A stretch of 64,000 bases of DNA from Paracoccaceae bacterium (GCA_965203605.1 OZ241902.1:2345425-2409424); one strand, 5' to 3'. Counted from the stretch's first letter, positions 50,727 through 61,924 are shown. Notes: generated by a model not told the origin, from the sequence alone. Numbers and translations are program-made.

Positions 50727-52031
50727 ATGACTGATTCGAAAACCCCCTTCGAGGGCGACGTTACCACGGTCCAGTCGGCGTTGGAAGTGAGCGGCACCAG
50801 CTGGATACTGGCGGTGGGCGATCCGTCCGACACGTCGAAAGCCGGCGTGCACAGACTGGCGCCGCATGACGTTGACGGCCTGCTGGGCAGGCTCGGGCGG
50901 GCGCGGGAGCGCGCTGTCGGGGCCGCCGGCGATGTCCGGGTGAAGCTGGTGTACGAGGCTGGCTACGAGGGCTTCTGGCTGGCCCGCCGGCTGGAGGGGG
51001 AGGACCTCGAGGTTGTGGTCTGCGACCCCGCGAGCCTGGAGGTGGTGCGCAGGAAGAAAAAGGTGAAGACGGACCGGATCGACGCCCGCCGGATGGTCCG
51101 GGCGCTCAGGGCGTGGGACGGCGGCGACCGGGACGCGATGTCGCGGGTGCGGGTCCCGACGGTCGCGGAGGAGGACAGGAAGCGGCTTCTGCGCCGGCGG
51201 GAGCGTCTGGTGCAGGAGCGCCGCCGGCTCGCGAACGCGGTGGGTGGGCTTCTGAGGCTGCACGGCATATGCGGTGCGCGTCCGGAGAGGCCGGGGTTCC
51301 GGGAGCGGCTCGTCGGGATGGAGACCGGCTACGGGACGCCGCTGCCGCCGGAGCTGCTCGCGGAGATTGGGGGCATGCTGGATCGGCTGGAGCTGGTGGC
51401 CGCGGAGCTGAAGGTGGTCGAGGCGAGGAAGGCGGAGATTCTGGAGGCGTCGGGCCGGGCCCTCGACAGCCTTCACGCGGATGCCGACCGGCCTCCCGCC
51501 GCCCCGGCTCCCCGGAAGGAGGCGCCCGATCCGGAAAGAGCCGCCCGGAAGGAGGGGTCGCGCGGAGCGGATCCGGCCGGTGCGCCCGCTGGCAGGCCGC
51601 GGGCGGCCCCGGCGAACACCCACCACGCGGCGGCGCTGGTCCGGCTTCGCGGGATCGGCCCGAACGACGCGCTGATGCTGGGCGGCGAGCTCTTCTACCG
51701 GGAGTTCCGCAACCGCCGGCAGCTGGCCAGCCTCGCGGGGCTGGCGCCGGTGCCCTTCGCGAGCGGGGGCGTCGACCACGACCAGGGGATCAGCAAGTCC
51801 GGCAGCGCCATGCTGCGCAGGCACCTCGTGCAGATGGCCTGGCGCTGGCTGCAACACCAGCCGGAGAGTGCGCTGTCCGCGTGGTTCCGGAGCTACGTGA
51901 GCGCCCGCGACGGGCGGTCGCGCAGGCGGGGGATCGTGGCGCTGGCGCGTAAGCTGCTGGTCGCGCTGTGGCGGTTCGCCACCACCGGGCTGGTGCCGGA
52001 GGGCGCCGTCCTGTCCGGGGCACGGGCGTAG
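50727..52031 (+). CDS. IS110-family transposase, element B copy 2 (434 aa).
   Basis: Same protein as copy 1 except TTVQSA vs TTVYAA, EDLEVV vs EDPGVV, and a TAG stop after ...SGARA. Confidence 0.85.
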   Translation: MTDSKTPFEGDVTTVQSALEVSGTSWILAVGDPSDTSKAGVHRLAPHDVDGLLGRLGRARERAVGAAGDVRVKLVYEAGYEGFWLARRLEGEDLEVVVCDPASLEVVRRKKKVKTDRIDARRMVRALRAWDGGDRDAMSRVRVPTVAEEDRKRLLRRRERLVQERRRLANAVGGLLRLHGICGARPERPGFRERLVGMETGYGTPLPPELLAEIGGMLDRLELVAAELKVVEARKAEILEASGRALDSLHADADRPPAAPAPRKEAPDPERAARKEGSRGADPAGAPAGRPRAAPANTHHAAALVRLRGIGPNDALMLGGELFYREFRNRRQLASLAGLAPVPFASGGVDHDQGISKSGSAMLRRHLVQMAWRWLQHQPESALSAWFRSYVSARDGRSRRRGIVALARKLLVALWRFATTGLVPEGAVLSGARA

Positions 52032-52230
52032 GAGGGCAACGGAACACCCGGGCGGCCCGACGGGGCCTCCGGGGAACCCGGGCAGGGCGTGTGACCGCAG
52101 GAGGGCCTGGTTCGCCGCAGGACGCGGCACCGTCCATTCCAGATGGGTCCCGCCCCCCGGAACGTCGCACCGGCCCGAATCGGGCATGATGGTCACGGGG
52201 CCGGCACCGGCCAACCGAACCGGATAAGAG

Positions 52231-52703
52231 GCTGGACGCGTCGTTGAGCGCGTCATGGAACAGCGACGTTCTGTCTGGACTTCCCCGTTGGCGCGGAAGC
52301 CGCCCCCAGACGGAGGAACCGACGATGTGAGGCCATGAAAGGGATTCATGAAAAAGGGCTTGACCTGGCGGGTCTCATAAGAGCCCTCCGGCCCTGCCTC
52401 TTCCCTTTCCCTTCCGCTTGCGTGGCATGTCATTCCCTCCTCCGGCCATCTCGCTCCATCAGGTTCGGGGAGGAACCACGGCGCATTCCCAATCTCTTGA
52501 ACGAGGTCACGGGGAGACCCCCGCACCATCAGTGACAGACGCCGGTCACGGTTCGGGCCAGGCTCTTATACGGGTGACGTGCACGCCAAAGTACTACGGG
52601 CCTCGACTGCCCCGACCACCACCGAGTTGACACCAGCGGCGGCGGAGGGGCAACCCTCCCGTTTTACTTTCGCGACAGCGCCGCCGCCCCGCGACGGTTT
52701 GGG
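52231..52703. repeat. Second copy of the left palindrome arm plus the 320-bp core. The right arm is replaced by inverted element B3.
   Basis: Sequence identical to 48554..49026. The next bases (ctcttatccggttcgg...) are the reverse complement of the B right end. Confidence 0.85.
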
Positions 52704-52902
52704 CTCTTATCCGGTTCGGTTGGCCGGTGCCGGCCCCGTGACCATCATGCCCGATTCGGGCCGGTGCGACGTTCCGGGGGGCGGGACCCATCTGGAATGG
52801 ACGGTGCCGCGTCCTGCGGCGAACCAGGCCCTCCTGCGGTCACACGCCCTGCCCGGGTTCCCCGGAGGCCCCGTCGGGCCGCCCGGGTGTTCCGTTGCCC
52901 TC

Positions 52903-54207
52903 CTACGCCCGTGCCCCGGACAGGACGGCGCCCTCCGGCACCAGCCCGGTGGTGGCGAACCGCCACAGCGCGACCAGCAGCTTACGCGCCAGCGCCACGA
53001 TCCCCCGCCTGCGCGACCGCCCGTCGCGGGCGCTCACGTAGCTCCGGAACCACGCGGACAGCGCACTCTCCGGCTGGTGTTGCAGCCAGCGCCAGGCCAT
53101 CTGCACGAGGTGCCTGCGCAGCATGGCGCTGCCGGACTTGCTGATCCCCTGGTCGTGGTCGACGCCCCCGCTCGCGAAGGGCACCGGCGCCAGCCCCGCG
53201 AGGCTGGCCAGCTGCCGGCGGTTGCGGAACTCCCGGTAGAAGAGCTCGCCGCCCAGCATCAGCGCGTCGTTCGGGCCGATCCCGCGAAGCCGGACCAGCG
53301 CCGCCGCGTGGTGGGTGTTCGCCGGGGCCGCCCGCGGCCTGCCAGCGGGCGCACCGGCCGGATCCGCTCCGCGCGACCCCTCCTTCCGGGCGGCTCTTTC
53401 CGGATCGGGCGCCTCCTTCCGGGGAGCCGGGGCGGCGGGAGGCCGGTCGGCATCCGCGTGAAGGCTGTCGAGGGCCCGGCCCGACGCCTCCAGAATCTCC
53501 GCCTTCCTCGCCTCGACCACCTTCAGCTCCGCGGCCACCAGCTCCAGCCGATCCAGCATGCCCCCAATCTCCGCGAGCAGCTCCGGCGGCAGCGGCGTCC
53601 CGTAGCCGGTCTCCATCCCGACGAGCCGCTCCCGGAACCCCGGCCTCTCCGGACGCGCACCGCATATGCCGTGCAGCCTCAGAAGCCCACCCACCGCGTT
53701 CGCGAGCCGGCGGCGCTCCTGCACCAGACGCTCCCGCCGGCGCAGAAGCCGCTTCCTGTCCTCCTCCGCGACCGTCGGGACCCGCACCCGCGACATCGCG
53801 TCCCGGTCGCCGCCGTCCCACGCCCTGAGCGCCCGGACCATCCGGCGGGCGTCGATCCGGTCCGTCTTCACCTTTTTCTTCCTGCGCACCACCTCCAGGC
53901 TCGCGGGGTCGCAGACCACAACCTCGAGGTCCTCCCCCTCCAGCCGGCGGGCCAGCCAGAAGCCCTCGTAGCCAGCCTCGTACACCAGCTTCACCCGGAC
54001 ATCGCCGGCGGCCCCGACAGCGCGCTCCCGCGCCCGCCCGAGCCTGCCCAGCAGGCCGTCAACGTCATGCGGCGCCAGTCTGTGCACGCCGGCTTTCGAC
54101 GTGTCGGACGGATCGCCCACCGCCAGTATCCAGCTGGTGCCGCTCACTTCCAACGCCGCGTAGACCGTGGTAACGTCGCCCTCGAAGGGGGTTTTCGAAT
54201 CAGTCAT
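52903..54207 (-). CDS. IS110-family transposase, element B copy 3 (inverted; 434 aa).
   Basis: Reverse-complement copy of B (element 52704..54336). Its left end, tccagatgcc..., abuts AAA-ATPase gene sequence directly. Confidence 0.85.
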   Translation of the reverse strand: MTDSKTPFEGDVTTVYAALEVSGTSWILAVGDPSDTSKAGVHRLAPHDVDGLLGRLGRARERAVGAAGDVRVKLVYEAGYEGFWLARRLEGEDLEVVVCDPASLEVVRRKKKVKTDRIDARRMVRALRAWDGGDRDAMSRVRVPTVAEEDRKRLLRRRERLVQERRRLANAVGGLLRLHGICGARPERPGFRERLVGMETGYGTPLPPELLAEIGGMLDRLELVAAELKVVEARKAEILEASGRALDSLHADADRPPAAPAPRKEAPDPERAARKEGSRGADPAGAPAGRPRAAPANTHHAAALVRLRGIGPNDALMLGGELFYREFRNRRQLASLAGLAPVPFASGGVDHDQGISKSGSAMLRRHLVQMAWRWLQHQPESALSAWFRSYVSARDGRSRRRGIVALARKLLVALWRFATTGLVPEGAVLSGARA

Positions 54208-54336
54208 TTCATTCTCCTTTCACAGGGCGGGGGTTGCCGTCAAATGGCCCCCCGCCACAACATGTTGAAACATCGTCATTCCCTTGCACCGAATCACCCG
54301 CGAAGGCAAACGGCGGCGTGTCTCATGGCATCTGGA

Positions 54337-55211
54337 CCGGGTGTTCGCGCCGGAACTCGACGGGCTGGACCGGGACAGGATCCGCACCTGAGTACGACGG
54401 CTACCGCTGGCGCGGCGGGGAGCGGGTCTACAATCCCCACGACGTGCTGCTGCTGCTGCGCAACCGCGAGTTCCGTCCGTACTGGTTCGAGACCGGGTCG
54501 CCGGACTTCCTGTTCCGCATGCTGGCGGAGCGGTCGGTGAGCCCGATGGAGCTGGAGGGGCGGCTGGCGGACATGGCCCTGGTCTCGAAGTTCGATGTGG
54601 GCGACATCGGCATCGAGGCGCTGCTCTTCCAGACCGGCTACCTCACCATCGCAGGCGAGGAGAGGCAGGGCCACAGGACCCTCTACCGTCTGGACTATCC
54701 CAACCTCGAGGTCCGGCTCAGCCTGAACGACGGGCTGCTGGCCTGGCTGGGCAAGAAGGGCGCCGAGCCCCTGGAGCGCGGCCGGGAGCTCTGTGCGCTG
54801 CTGGAGGCGCACGACTTCGCGGGTTTCCGCGCGACGCTGCGGGCCTGGCTGTCGGGGATCCCCTACCAGTGGCACGCGAAGGGCGACCTCGCGCGGTACG
54901 AGGCGTGGTACGCGAGCCTCCTGTACATGTGCCTGCGCGCGGTGGGCGCGGACCTGGCGGTGGAGGAGGCCTCCTCGCGCGGCCGTGCGGACATGGTGCT
55001 GCGTCTCGGCGGGCAGGTCTTCGTGATCGAGTTCAGGATGGCCGAGAACGAGGATGGCGGCGAGGCCGCGCTCGAGGCGGCGATGGCGCAGATGCGCGGG
55101 CGGGGCTATGCGGAGAGGCACCGCGTGGCCGACTCACCGGTCCACCTGATCGCGGTGGCCTGCGGGCGCGAGGTGCGCAACCTCCTCGACATCCGCGCCG
55201 AGCCCGCATGA
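54337..55211 (+). pseudogene. C-terminal fragment of the PF09820/PDDEXK_9 AAA-ATPase-like gene. It carries an internal +1 frameshift.
   Basis: ...YRWRGGERVYNPHDVLLLLRNREFRPYWFETGSPDFLF... continues the family. The upstream frame reads VFAPELDGLDRDRIRT then TGA (54389-54391). A single inserted A (cacctgAgtacgac) explains the frame change. Confidence 0.7.
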
Positions 55212-56191
55212 GCGGGGTTAGTGCGATCCGGATCCCGGTCCTCGGTGCGGAACCGCCGCCCCTGAACAACCGAGAATCCCGCCCTGGCCATCCCGGGCCG
55301 TGCGCGCCATCAGTCACTCAATTGCATCCGCGAAAGGCCCTGCGACGGGCAAACCATGCCGCCTTCGCCCCTTCCTCGGACGTCCTGGTCTGGTTGCGGA
55401 CGAGTTAATCATGACCGGCAAAGGAGGCATCGGCCGAACTCGCCGCTTCGAAAGGCTCGCGACGGGGAATTCGGCGGCGAGCCCGGCCTTGGCCGTCTGT
55501 TCCAACTGGGTGTAGCCCAGCTTTCTATACGCAAGCGTTCTCTGGTCCATTGTTGTGGGACGCCTGCCGGGCAGCCGCCACATGAACCGGCCGGCGGCTC
55601 GCATTCAGAGACGCACTTCCATTCAGAAGTGCAATGTCAGCCATTTCAGCAATACGGGCGCAGCCCGGAGCGGGGGAAATGGCCGGAACGCGGGGTTTCC
55701 GGTCCCCCGGGCACTGCAATGTCATTCGGTTGGCAGGATCCAGTGCCATTGTTTCTCGTCAAATCCTCAAATGGGGATCGGGACATGGTGGTGATGAGGT
55801 GGATAGCGCAACATGATAGGAGTTGTGGGTATGGGTATTGATGCGCTTGAACGGTAAAATCGCTTTACCGAATGCCATTGCCGGGCACTGCGGATCGAGC
55901 CCCGGGACGGTCGGAATGCCGTCGGGATAGAAGTTACCCGCGCTGTCCGGGTGGTGCAACGCCTCCGCCGGGGCGGGGAGCGACCGTCCGGGGTGCGTGC
56001 AGTCCGCGCTCCCGCTGTGGAAATAGCCGGTGTTGCGCTTCGGAATGGGAGTGGGGATGTCAATGCACCTGTGTCAGTGACTTTCGTCACCGAACTCCGT
56101 TGAAAACGCATGATCGATGCTCGCCCGCCATGCCCCGGTAGCGCCTTACGAATCGGACAACGTCCGGAAGCGTTGCCTCATGGGTCCCAAC

Positions 56192-56947
56192 TCAATGGGC
56201 TGTCCAGCCACCATCGACCAGAATCGAGGTTCCCGTCACCATTGCCGAAGCATCCGATGCCAGAAAGACCACGGCCCCCATGACGTCCTCAATCTCAGCG
56301 ATGCGGCCAAGCTTGATCATTGAAATGATCCAGTCGCGCTTAACCGGATCGTTCAGGGTCGCTTCGCTCAGGGGTGTGCGGATAAATGTCGGACAGACTG
56401 TATTGACACGTATTCCGCGCTCACCCCATTCGATCGCCATCGCTTTGGTAAAACCCTCGACACCATGTTTGGTGCCACAATACACAGCGCGCTCGATTCC
56501 TCCTATATGGCCCATCTGACTGGATATCTGGATAATCGACCCCCCTTGGCCCATCTGGGCCGCCGCTTCCCGCGCAAGAAAGTAAGCGGCACGGAAATTG
56601 ACGGTGGCGACGGCATCGAAGTCGTCCACCGTCGTTTGCAGCGCTGGCGAATGACGGGCGAGACCCGCTGAATTCACAACAATCTCGAATGGCCCATGAT
56701 CGGCGAAAAGGGTGCGCACGGCTTCGAGGTCCGTCACATCAAGAACAACGGCTTTCGCATCGAGGCCGGCTTCGCGCATTGAGGTCTCCGCATCCTGCAA
56801 TTCGCTCCTTCCGCGCGCCGCGATGACTGATTCGGCACCAGCTTCCGCCAGCCCTACCGCACAGCCGAGTCCGATTCCGCGTGAGCCGCCGGTTATGAGC
56901 GCACGGCGGCCGTCAAGGCGAAACGATGGAGTTCTTGGCAGTCTCAT
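56192..56947 (-). CDS. Short-chain dehydrogenase/reductase (SDR) family oxidoreductase.
   Basis: TGGSRGIG cofactor motif; 251 aa. Confidence 0.9.
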   Translation of the reverse strand: MRLPRTPSFRLDGRRALITGGSRGIGLGCAVGLAEAGAESVIAARGRSELQDAETSMREAGLDAKAVVLDVTDLEAVRTLFADHGPFEIVVNSAGLARHSPALQTTVDDFDAVATVNFRAAYFLAREAAAQMGQGGSIIQISSQMGHIGGIERAVYCGTKHGVEGFTKAMAIEWGERGIRVNTVCPTFIRTPLSEATLNDPVKRDWIISMIKLGRIAEIEDVMGAVVFLASDASAMVTGTSILVDGGWTAH

Positions 56948-57615
56948 TGTCGGTCTCCTGGAATGTCAGGATAACGGATACCGCGATACGGCGGAAAATC
57001 GGAATAGCGGCCTGCCCGCTCCGGATCCGGCGTCATGCCGGGCTTGGCGAGTGCGCCCTTCGGACGGATATAGCTCAGAATACGGCGTTCACGATGTGCC
57101 TGCCGCCACGACAGGTTGAAGACCGCGTTCTTCGGAAAAAACCAGACCTCCTGAAAATCAAGGTGATCGTAGAGCCACCAAGCAAGATCGCGCCAGTCCC
57201 GACCGCGCCGATACTGCGGAGCGAACCACGGTATTCCAACCGTAACGCAGGCTCCGGTCCGCCCTTCGGAATCGCACCTGTCCCAGATATGGTTGGCATG
57301 GTTCGCTTCATTCCGGGCGCACTTCTGCGGCTTTACCTGCGTCGCCCCGAACCGGTTCATCTCCGGACTGCGATACCCGGACCGGATGTCGATCGGCCCA
57401 AATGTCTCAACCAGGGGATCCAGCAGGTGCTCGGCAATGTGTCTGCCCGCCGCGAGCGCGATGTCTGGCGTTTCCGGAATGTTCTGGATCGCGTGAAAGT
57501 TCGCGATTTCGCTCGTCAGGAAATTACGCATCTCGAAATGGCGGGACAGGCGTTGCCTTCCGAATTCCTCAAGCGAAACGTAGCTTCGAGGGTGCCTCAC
57601 GCTGCCCCATTCCAC
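56944..57615 (-). CDS. Hypothetical protein, possibly a peptidase-M15-like metallohydrolase fold.
   Basis: Contains SGYRSPEMN (the SGYRS motif of VanY/M15-type enzymes). Its stop overlaps the SDR start (ATGA). Weak call. Confidence 0.35.
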   Translation of the reverse strand: MEWGSVRHPRSYVSLEEFGRQRLSRHFEMRNFLTSEIANFHAIQNIPETPDIALAAGRHIAEHLLDPLVETFGPIDIRSGYRSPEMNRFGATQVKPQKCARNEANHANHIWDRCDSEGRTGACVTVGIPWFAPQYRRGRDWRDLAWWLYDHLDFQEVWFFPKNAVFNLSWRQAHRERRILSYIRPKGALAKPGMTPDPERAGRYSDFPPYRGIRYPDIPGDRQ

Positions 57616-58028
57616 TGAAATTCCCCATCCGGACCGAGCGGTGAGTAAGGGTTATGGGCAATCTCCCACACGTGGCCGTCAGGATCGGCAAAGTAGGCGA
57701 TATGACCACCCCAGAAGATGTCGTGCGGCTCCTTGATGCCGCGACCACCCGCCACAAGAGCGGCCTGATATATTGGCGCGACCTCTTCTTTCGTCGCGAC
57801 ATTGTAACCCAACGTAATGCCGGAAAACCCGGCAGTGCCAGAGGCGTCGATTCCCATATCCCTTGCAAGTGCGTCCCGGGAATAGAGCCCCAGCGTCTGT
57901 CCAATCAGGTCAAACGCGATGACTCCGTCGGGACTCTCCACCCTCTTCCAGCCCAAGGCCTGGTAGAAGGCTGCCGCCCGCTCCATATCAGCCACGGCAA
58001 GGGTGATCAGACTGATGCGCTGTTCCAT
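57597..58028 (-). CDS. VOC-family (glyoxalase/bleomycin-resistance fold) protein.
   Basis: 143 aa, MEQRISLITLAVADMERAAAFYQALGWKRVE... Confidence 0.8.
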   Translation of the reverse strand: MEQRISLITLAVADMERAAAFYQALGWKRVESPDGVIAFDLIGQTLGLYSRDALARDMGIDASGTAGFSGITLGYNVATKEEVAPIYQAALVAGGRGIKEPHDIFWGGHIAYFADPDGHVWEIAHNPYSPLGPDGEFQWNGAA

Positions 58029-58174
58029 GCGATTTCTCCAAGCAGTCCATACAGATGAGGAATCTGGATTCCGAACCCAATACCTGACCCGTCCTCTTCC
58101 ATCGGCAGGCCTCCTGCACCTTGGGTGACCGCAGGCTTGCCCCTTCCGGCCGCGGTACCGCCAGCACTCCAGAG

Positions 58175-58975
58175 CTACCGATCCCGGATTCCAAGCACCT
58201 CTTCAACGCTCACCTCGATCAGCTTAAGGCACTTCTGGCTGGAAAACCGATGGTCGGCATCCTTCACCAGCGTCAGACGGATATCGTTGCCTTCAGCATG
58301 GGTCAGAAGCCGCATCGCGACCGAGACCTCCACATCCCCATCCGCTGTACCATGCAGCAGACGCACAGGGAACGGAAGCGAAAGCGGTCTTCGGAGCACC
58401 AGATTCTCGCGGCCGTCCTCAATCAGTCTGCGGGTGATGACATACGGCTCATCCGAATAATCGCTCGGAAGCGCCACCTGCCCCTTTTCGATGAGCCTGC
58501 GCCGCTGTGCCTCCGAAAAACCTTCCCACAGAGAATCCTCCGTGAAATCCGGTGCGGCAGCAATCCCAACAAAACCTCTGATCCTCAACTTCCCCTTCAG
58601 TTTCGTCACGAGATTCAGCGCGATCCAGCCTCCCATGGACGAACCGACAAGCACAACCGAACCACCGATCAGTTCTGACAGCGCAGTGGCGGCATCATCG
58701 GTCCAATCGCCAATGCAGCCGTCCTCGAAATCTCCCGAACTCCTTCCATGACCTGAATAGTCGAACCTCAGATAGGCACGACCGCATCGCCGGGCCCAAG
58801 CCTCCAAATGAACGGCCTTGGTTCCATCCATGTCGGAACGGAACCCACCGAGAAAGACAACGCAGGGCCCATCGCCTTTGGTTAGACGATAGGCAATACG
58901 GCGCCCCAGCGGCGTTTCCAGAGTTCTTTGTTCAGGCACTTCATGTCTCACAGTTCGGGTCTCGAGAGTTCGCAT
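58175..58975 (-). CDS. Alpha/beta-fold hydrolase.
   Basis: GSSMGGW nucleophile elbow (GxSxG) and an HGxxxS-type oxyanion region. The start could be 58975 or 59065. Confidence 0.8.
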   Translation of the reverse strand: MRTLETRTVRHEVPEQRTLETPLGRRIAYRLTKGDGPCVVFLGGFRSDMDGTKAVHLEAWARRCGRAYLRFDYSGHGRSSGDFEDGCIGDWTDDAATALSELIGGSVVLVGSSMGGWIALNLVTKLKGKLRIRGFVGIAAAPDFTEDSLWEGFSEAQRRRLIEKGQVALPSDYSDEPYVITRRLIEDGRENLVLRRPLSLPFPVRLLHGTADGDVEVSVAMRLLTHAEGNDIRLTLVKDADHRFSSQKCLKLIEVSVEEVLGIRDR

Positions 58976-59106
58976 ATTCAGGGTTACGGCGAAAACCCCT
59001 GTCACGAAACCAGTTGACAACGTCAGCTGTCGAGACCAATAGCGCAGCGGAAACCATACCCGCAACCGGGCGTTCCGTGGGCGCCAGACCGACGAGGAGA
59101 GCCAGC

Positions 59107-61065
59107 ATGGCCCAGATTTCCCTTATCTTCCCCGATGACAGTATCCGCAGTTACGAATCGGGTATCACCCCAATGGAGGTGGCGGCCTCGATCGCACCTT
59201 CCCTTGCCAGAAAGGCCATTTCCGCGAGTCTCGACAACCTACATTTCGACCTGCAATGGCCCATCGAACGGGACGGTCGGATATCGATCCACACTTTGGG
59301 AGATGACACCCAGGCACTGGAGCTGATCCGCCACGACTGCGCACATATCATGGCGCGTGCGGTGCAGGAGATCTGGCCGGATGCGAAGGTCACGATCGGG
59401 CCCGTAATCGAAAATGGTTGGTACTACGATTTTGACAGGAACGAGCCGTTCACCCCAGACGATCTCGGCGTTATCGAAAGCAGAATGAAGGAAATCATCA
59501 ATCGCCGCGATCCAATTACGACGGAGGTATGGGAGCGCGTGCGGGCAGCCAAGCACTATGCCGCAAATCATGAACCGTACAAGGTCGAGCTGCTGGAGGC
59601 GATTCCGGAAGGAGAGCCTATCCGCATGTATTGGCACGGTCACTGGCAGGATCTCTGTCGCGGGCCCCATTTGCAGCACACCGGTCAGGTGCCTGCCGAC
59701 GCCTTCAAGCTGACCAGTGTCGCCGGGGCATATTGGCGTGGCGACAGTTCGCGCCCCATGCTGCAACGCATTTACGGAGTCGCTTTCAGGAACCGAGGGG
59801 ATCTCAGGGCTCACCTGCTGATGCTGGAGGAAGCGGCGAAGCGTGACCATCGCAGGATCGGTCGCGAGATGGACCTCTTTCACATGCAGGAGGAAGCTCC
59901 CGGACAGGTGTTCTGGCATCCAAACGGTTGGAAGATATTCACGACCCTTCAGGACTACATGCGCCGCAAGCAGACTCAGGGCGGCTATCTTGAGGTCAAC
60001 ACGCCTCAGGTGGTCGATCGCAAGCTCTGGGAGGAATCCGGACATTGGGAAAAATTCCAGGAGCACATGTTCATCGTTGAGGTCGACGAGGAACATGCCC
60101 GAGAAAAGGCAATCAGCGCACTCAAGCCAATGAACTGTCCCTGCCATGTTCAGATATACAACCAGGGCCTCAAATCCTATCGGGATCTCCCTTTGCGCAT
60201 GGCAGAGTTCGGTTCCTGCAACCGTTACGAACCCTCTGGTGCGCTTCATGGAATGATGCGGGTTCGCGGATTCACCCAGGATGACGCCCATATTTTCTGT
60301 ACCGAGGACCAGATCGAGAGCGAAACCTCGACCTACATCGATTGGCTGACGGAAGTGTACACCGAACTCGGCTTCCCTCGGTTCCAGGTGAAGTTCTCTG
60401 ACCGACCTGAAGTCAGGGCGGGCGCTGACGAAGTTTGGGACCGTGCGGAACGGGCCCTGCTTGAAGCCACCCGCAAAGCAGGTCTCGAACCCGAACTCAA
60501 TCCGGGTGAGGGCGCATTCTACGGCCCCAAACTCGAGTTCGTCCTTACGGACGCCATCGGCCGGGACTGGCAATGCGGAACGCATCAGGTGGATTTCGTG
60601 CTGCCCGAACGGCTCGGAGCCTCCTATATCGGCCCGGACGGTGACCGACATCGACCCGTCATGCTGCATCGAGCCTGTCTGGGCTCATTCGAACGCTTCA
60701 TCGGTATCCTGATCGAAAGCCATGCCGGCAGACTACCCTTTTGGCTCGCTCCCCGTCAGGTCGTTGTCGCCTCAATCGTCTCGGATGCCGACGACTATGT
60801 TCGCGAGGTGGCCACCACTCTGAGAGCCCGGGGGCTCAGGGCTGAACCGGACGTGAGAAACGAGAAAATAGGTTACAAGGTCCGCGAGCATTCACTCGCG
60901 AAGGTTCCCGTGATTCTGGCTTGCGGAATGAAGGAAACCGCCGATGGGACGGTCTCGGTGCGACGACTTGGAGAGAAACGGACGCAGGTCATGGCGCTCG
61001 GTGAAATTGCGGACGCGCTCAGTTCCGAATCGATTCCACCAGATTTACGGGTGGGTCCAGGGTGA
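59107..61065 (+). CDS. thrS: Threonine--tRNA ligase.
   Basis: 652 aa from [11 protein letters not shown], with TGS, editing, class-II core and anticodon-binding domains. The ATG is at 59107; the track starts 31 codons upstream. Confidence 0.95.
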   Translation: MAQISLIFPDDSIRSYESGITPMEVAASIAPSLARKAISASLDNLHFDLQWPIERDGRISIHTLGDDTQALELIRHDCAHIMARAVQEIWPDAKVTIGPVIENGWYYDFDRNEPFTPDDLGVIESRMKEIINRRDPITTEVWERVRAAKHYAANHEPYKVELLEAIPEGEPIRMYWHGHWQDLCRGPHLQHTGQVPADAFKLTSVAGAYWRGDSSRPMLQRIYGVAFRNRGDLRAHLLMLEEAAKRDHRRIGREMDLFHMQEEAPGQVFWHPNGWKIFTTLQDYMRRKQTQGGYLEVNTPQVVDRKLWEESGHWEKFQEHMFIVEVDEEHAREKAISALKPMNCPCHVQIYNQGLKSYRDLPLRMAEFGSCNRYEPSGALHGMMRVRGFTQDDAHIFCTEDQIESETSTYIDWLTEVYTELGFPRFQVKFSDRPEVRAGADEVWDRAERALLEATRKAGLEPELNPGEGAFYGPKLEFVLTDAIGRDWQCGTHQVDFVLPERLGASYIGPDGDRHRPVMLHRACLGSFERFIGILIESHAGRLPFWLAPRQVVVASIVSDADDYVREVATTLRARGLRAEPDVRNEKIGYKVREHSLAKVPVILACGMKETADGTVSVRRLGEKRTQVMALGEIADALSSESIPPDLRVGPG

Positions 61066-61503
61066 CCATGCCATAGGCCGAGATGGCACCGACTGCGCCT
61101 GGCGGATGAGGCTGAGGGAGTGGCGACAATGGAATTCCGTCGCAATCCGGGACGGTGATGGCCCTGGACCCGGCATATCTCTCAATTCCCGGCGCGACCC
61201 GGTAGCTGAGGCGGTTCCGCACTTTGGCGGGGTCGGGGTCTGCAGCCTGCCGTGGTGCGTTTCCACCGACATTGATTGGGGCTCATGGCAGATCACGAAG
61301 TCACGCTGACGAATTCCGTGCCAGGTGCACGGTCAAAAGGGCTTGCGAATCCCTTCCTCCAACTCACGGCGGAACCGCCGGCAGCCAGTCCAATCACAAA
61401 ATTCGCACGCACCTGTTATTGGATGATGGCGCTGCGCGGGCTATAGGTGATTCGTCGTCGCAGGATGCGATGAATCGGATCAGCTACTCACAGGAGAATC
61501 CCA

Positions 61504-61806
61504 ATGTCGACCACAGTAAAGACACTCGCCGTCGCCAGCGCCGTTGCCGCTGCCATTGCAGGCCAAGCCACCGTCGCGGCCGCCCAGACCAAGGACAAGT
61601 GCTACGGAGTTTCCCTCGCGGGCAAGAACGACTGCGCCGCTGGCCCAGGCACGACCTGCGCCGGGACGTCGACCGTCGACTATCAGGGCAACGCCTGGAC
61701 TTTGGTCGACGCTGGCACCTGCATGGAAATCGAACTGCCTGCGATGGCGGACGGCACGCCCCGCCAGGGATCGCTGGAAGCGCTGGACCGCGACCTCCCG
61801 TCCTGA
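61504..61806 (+). CDS. bufA: DUF2282-family secreted Cys-containing peptide precursor (bufferin-type RiPP precursor).
   Basis: AGGAGA RBS. Sec signal [28 protein letters not shown], then [44 protein letters not shown] with 4 Cys in the DUF2282 pattern. Confidence 0.8.
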   Translation: MSTTVKTLAVASAVAAAIAGQATVAAAQTKDKCYGVSLAGKNDCAAGPGTTCAGTSTVDYQGNAWTLVDAGTCMEIELPAMADGTPRQGSLEALDRDLPS

Positions 61807-61924
61807 TTTCCGCGTGGCCTCCGGTGTTCGCATGCCGGAGGCCACCGTTCGCGATTGCGGTCGAAAGAACCGGGACATCGCCTTATCCAGAGGTCTGGAT
61901 GCGCCAGAACAAAGGGCGTCAGGA

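Larger units (their letters stand above)
45505..54336. mobile_element. 8.8-kb nested/tandem array of two distinct IS110-family elements.
   Basis: Order: A1(-) B1(+) palindrome-core, then A2(-) B2(+) half-palindrome-core, then B3(-). The duplicated 3677-bp unit is 45505..49181 and 49182..52858. Three near-identical copies of recombinase B and two identical copies of recombinase A. Confidence 0.85.
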
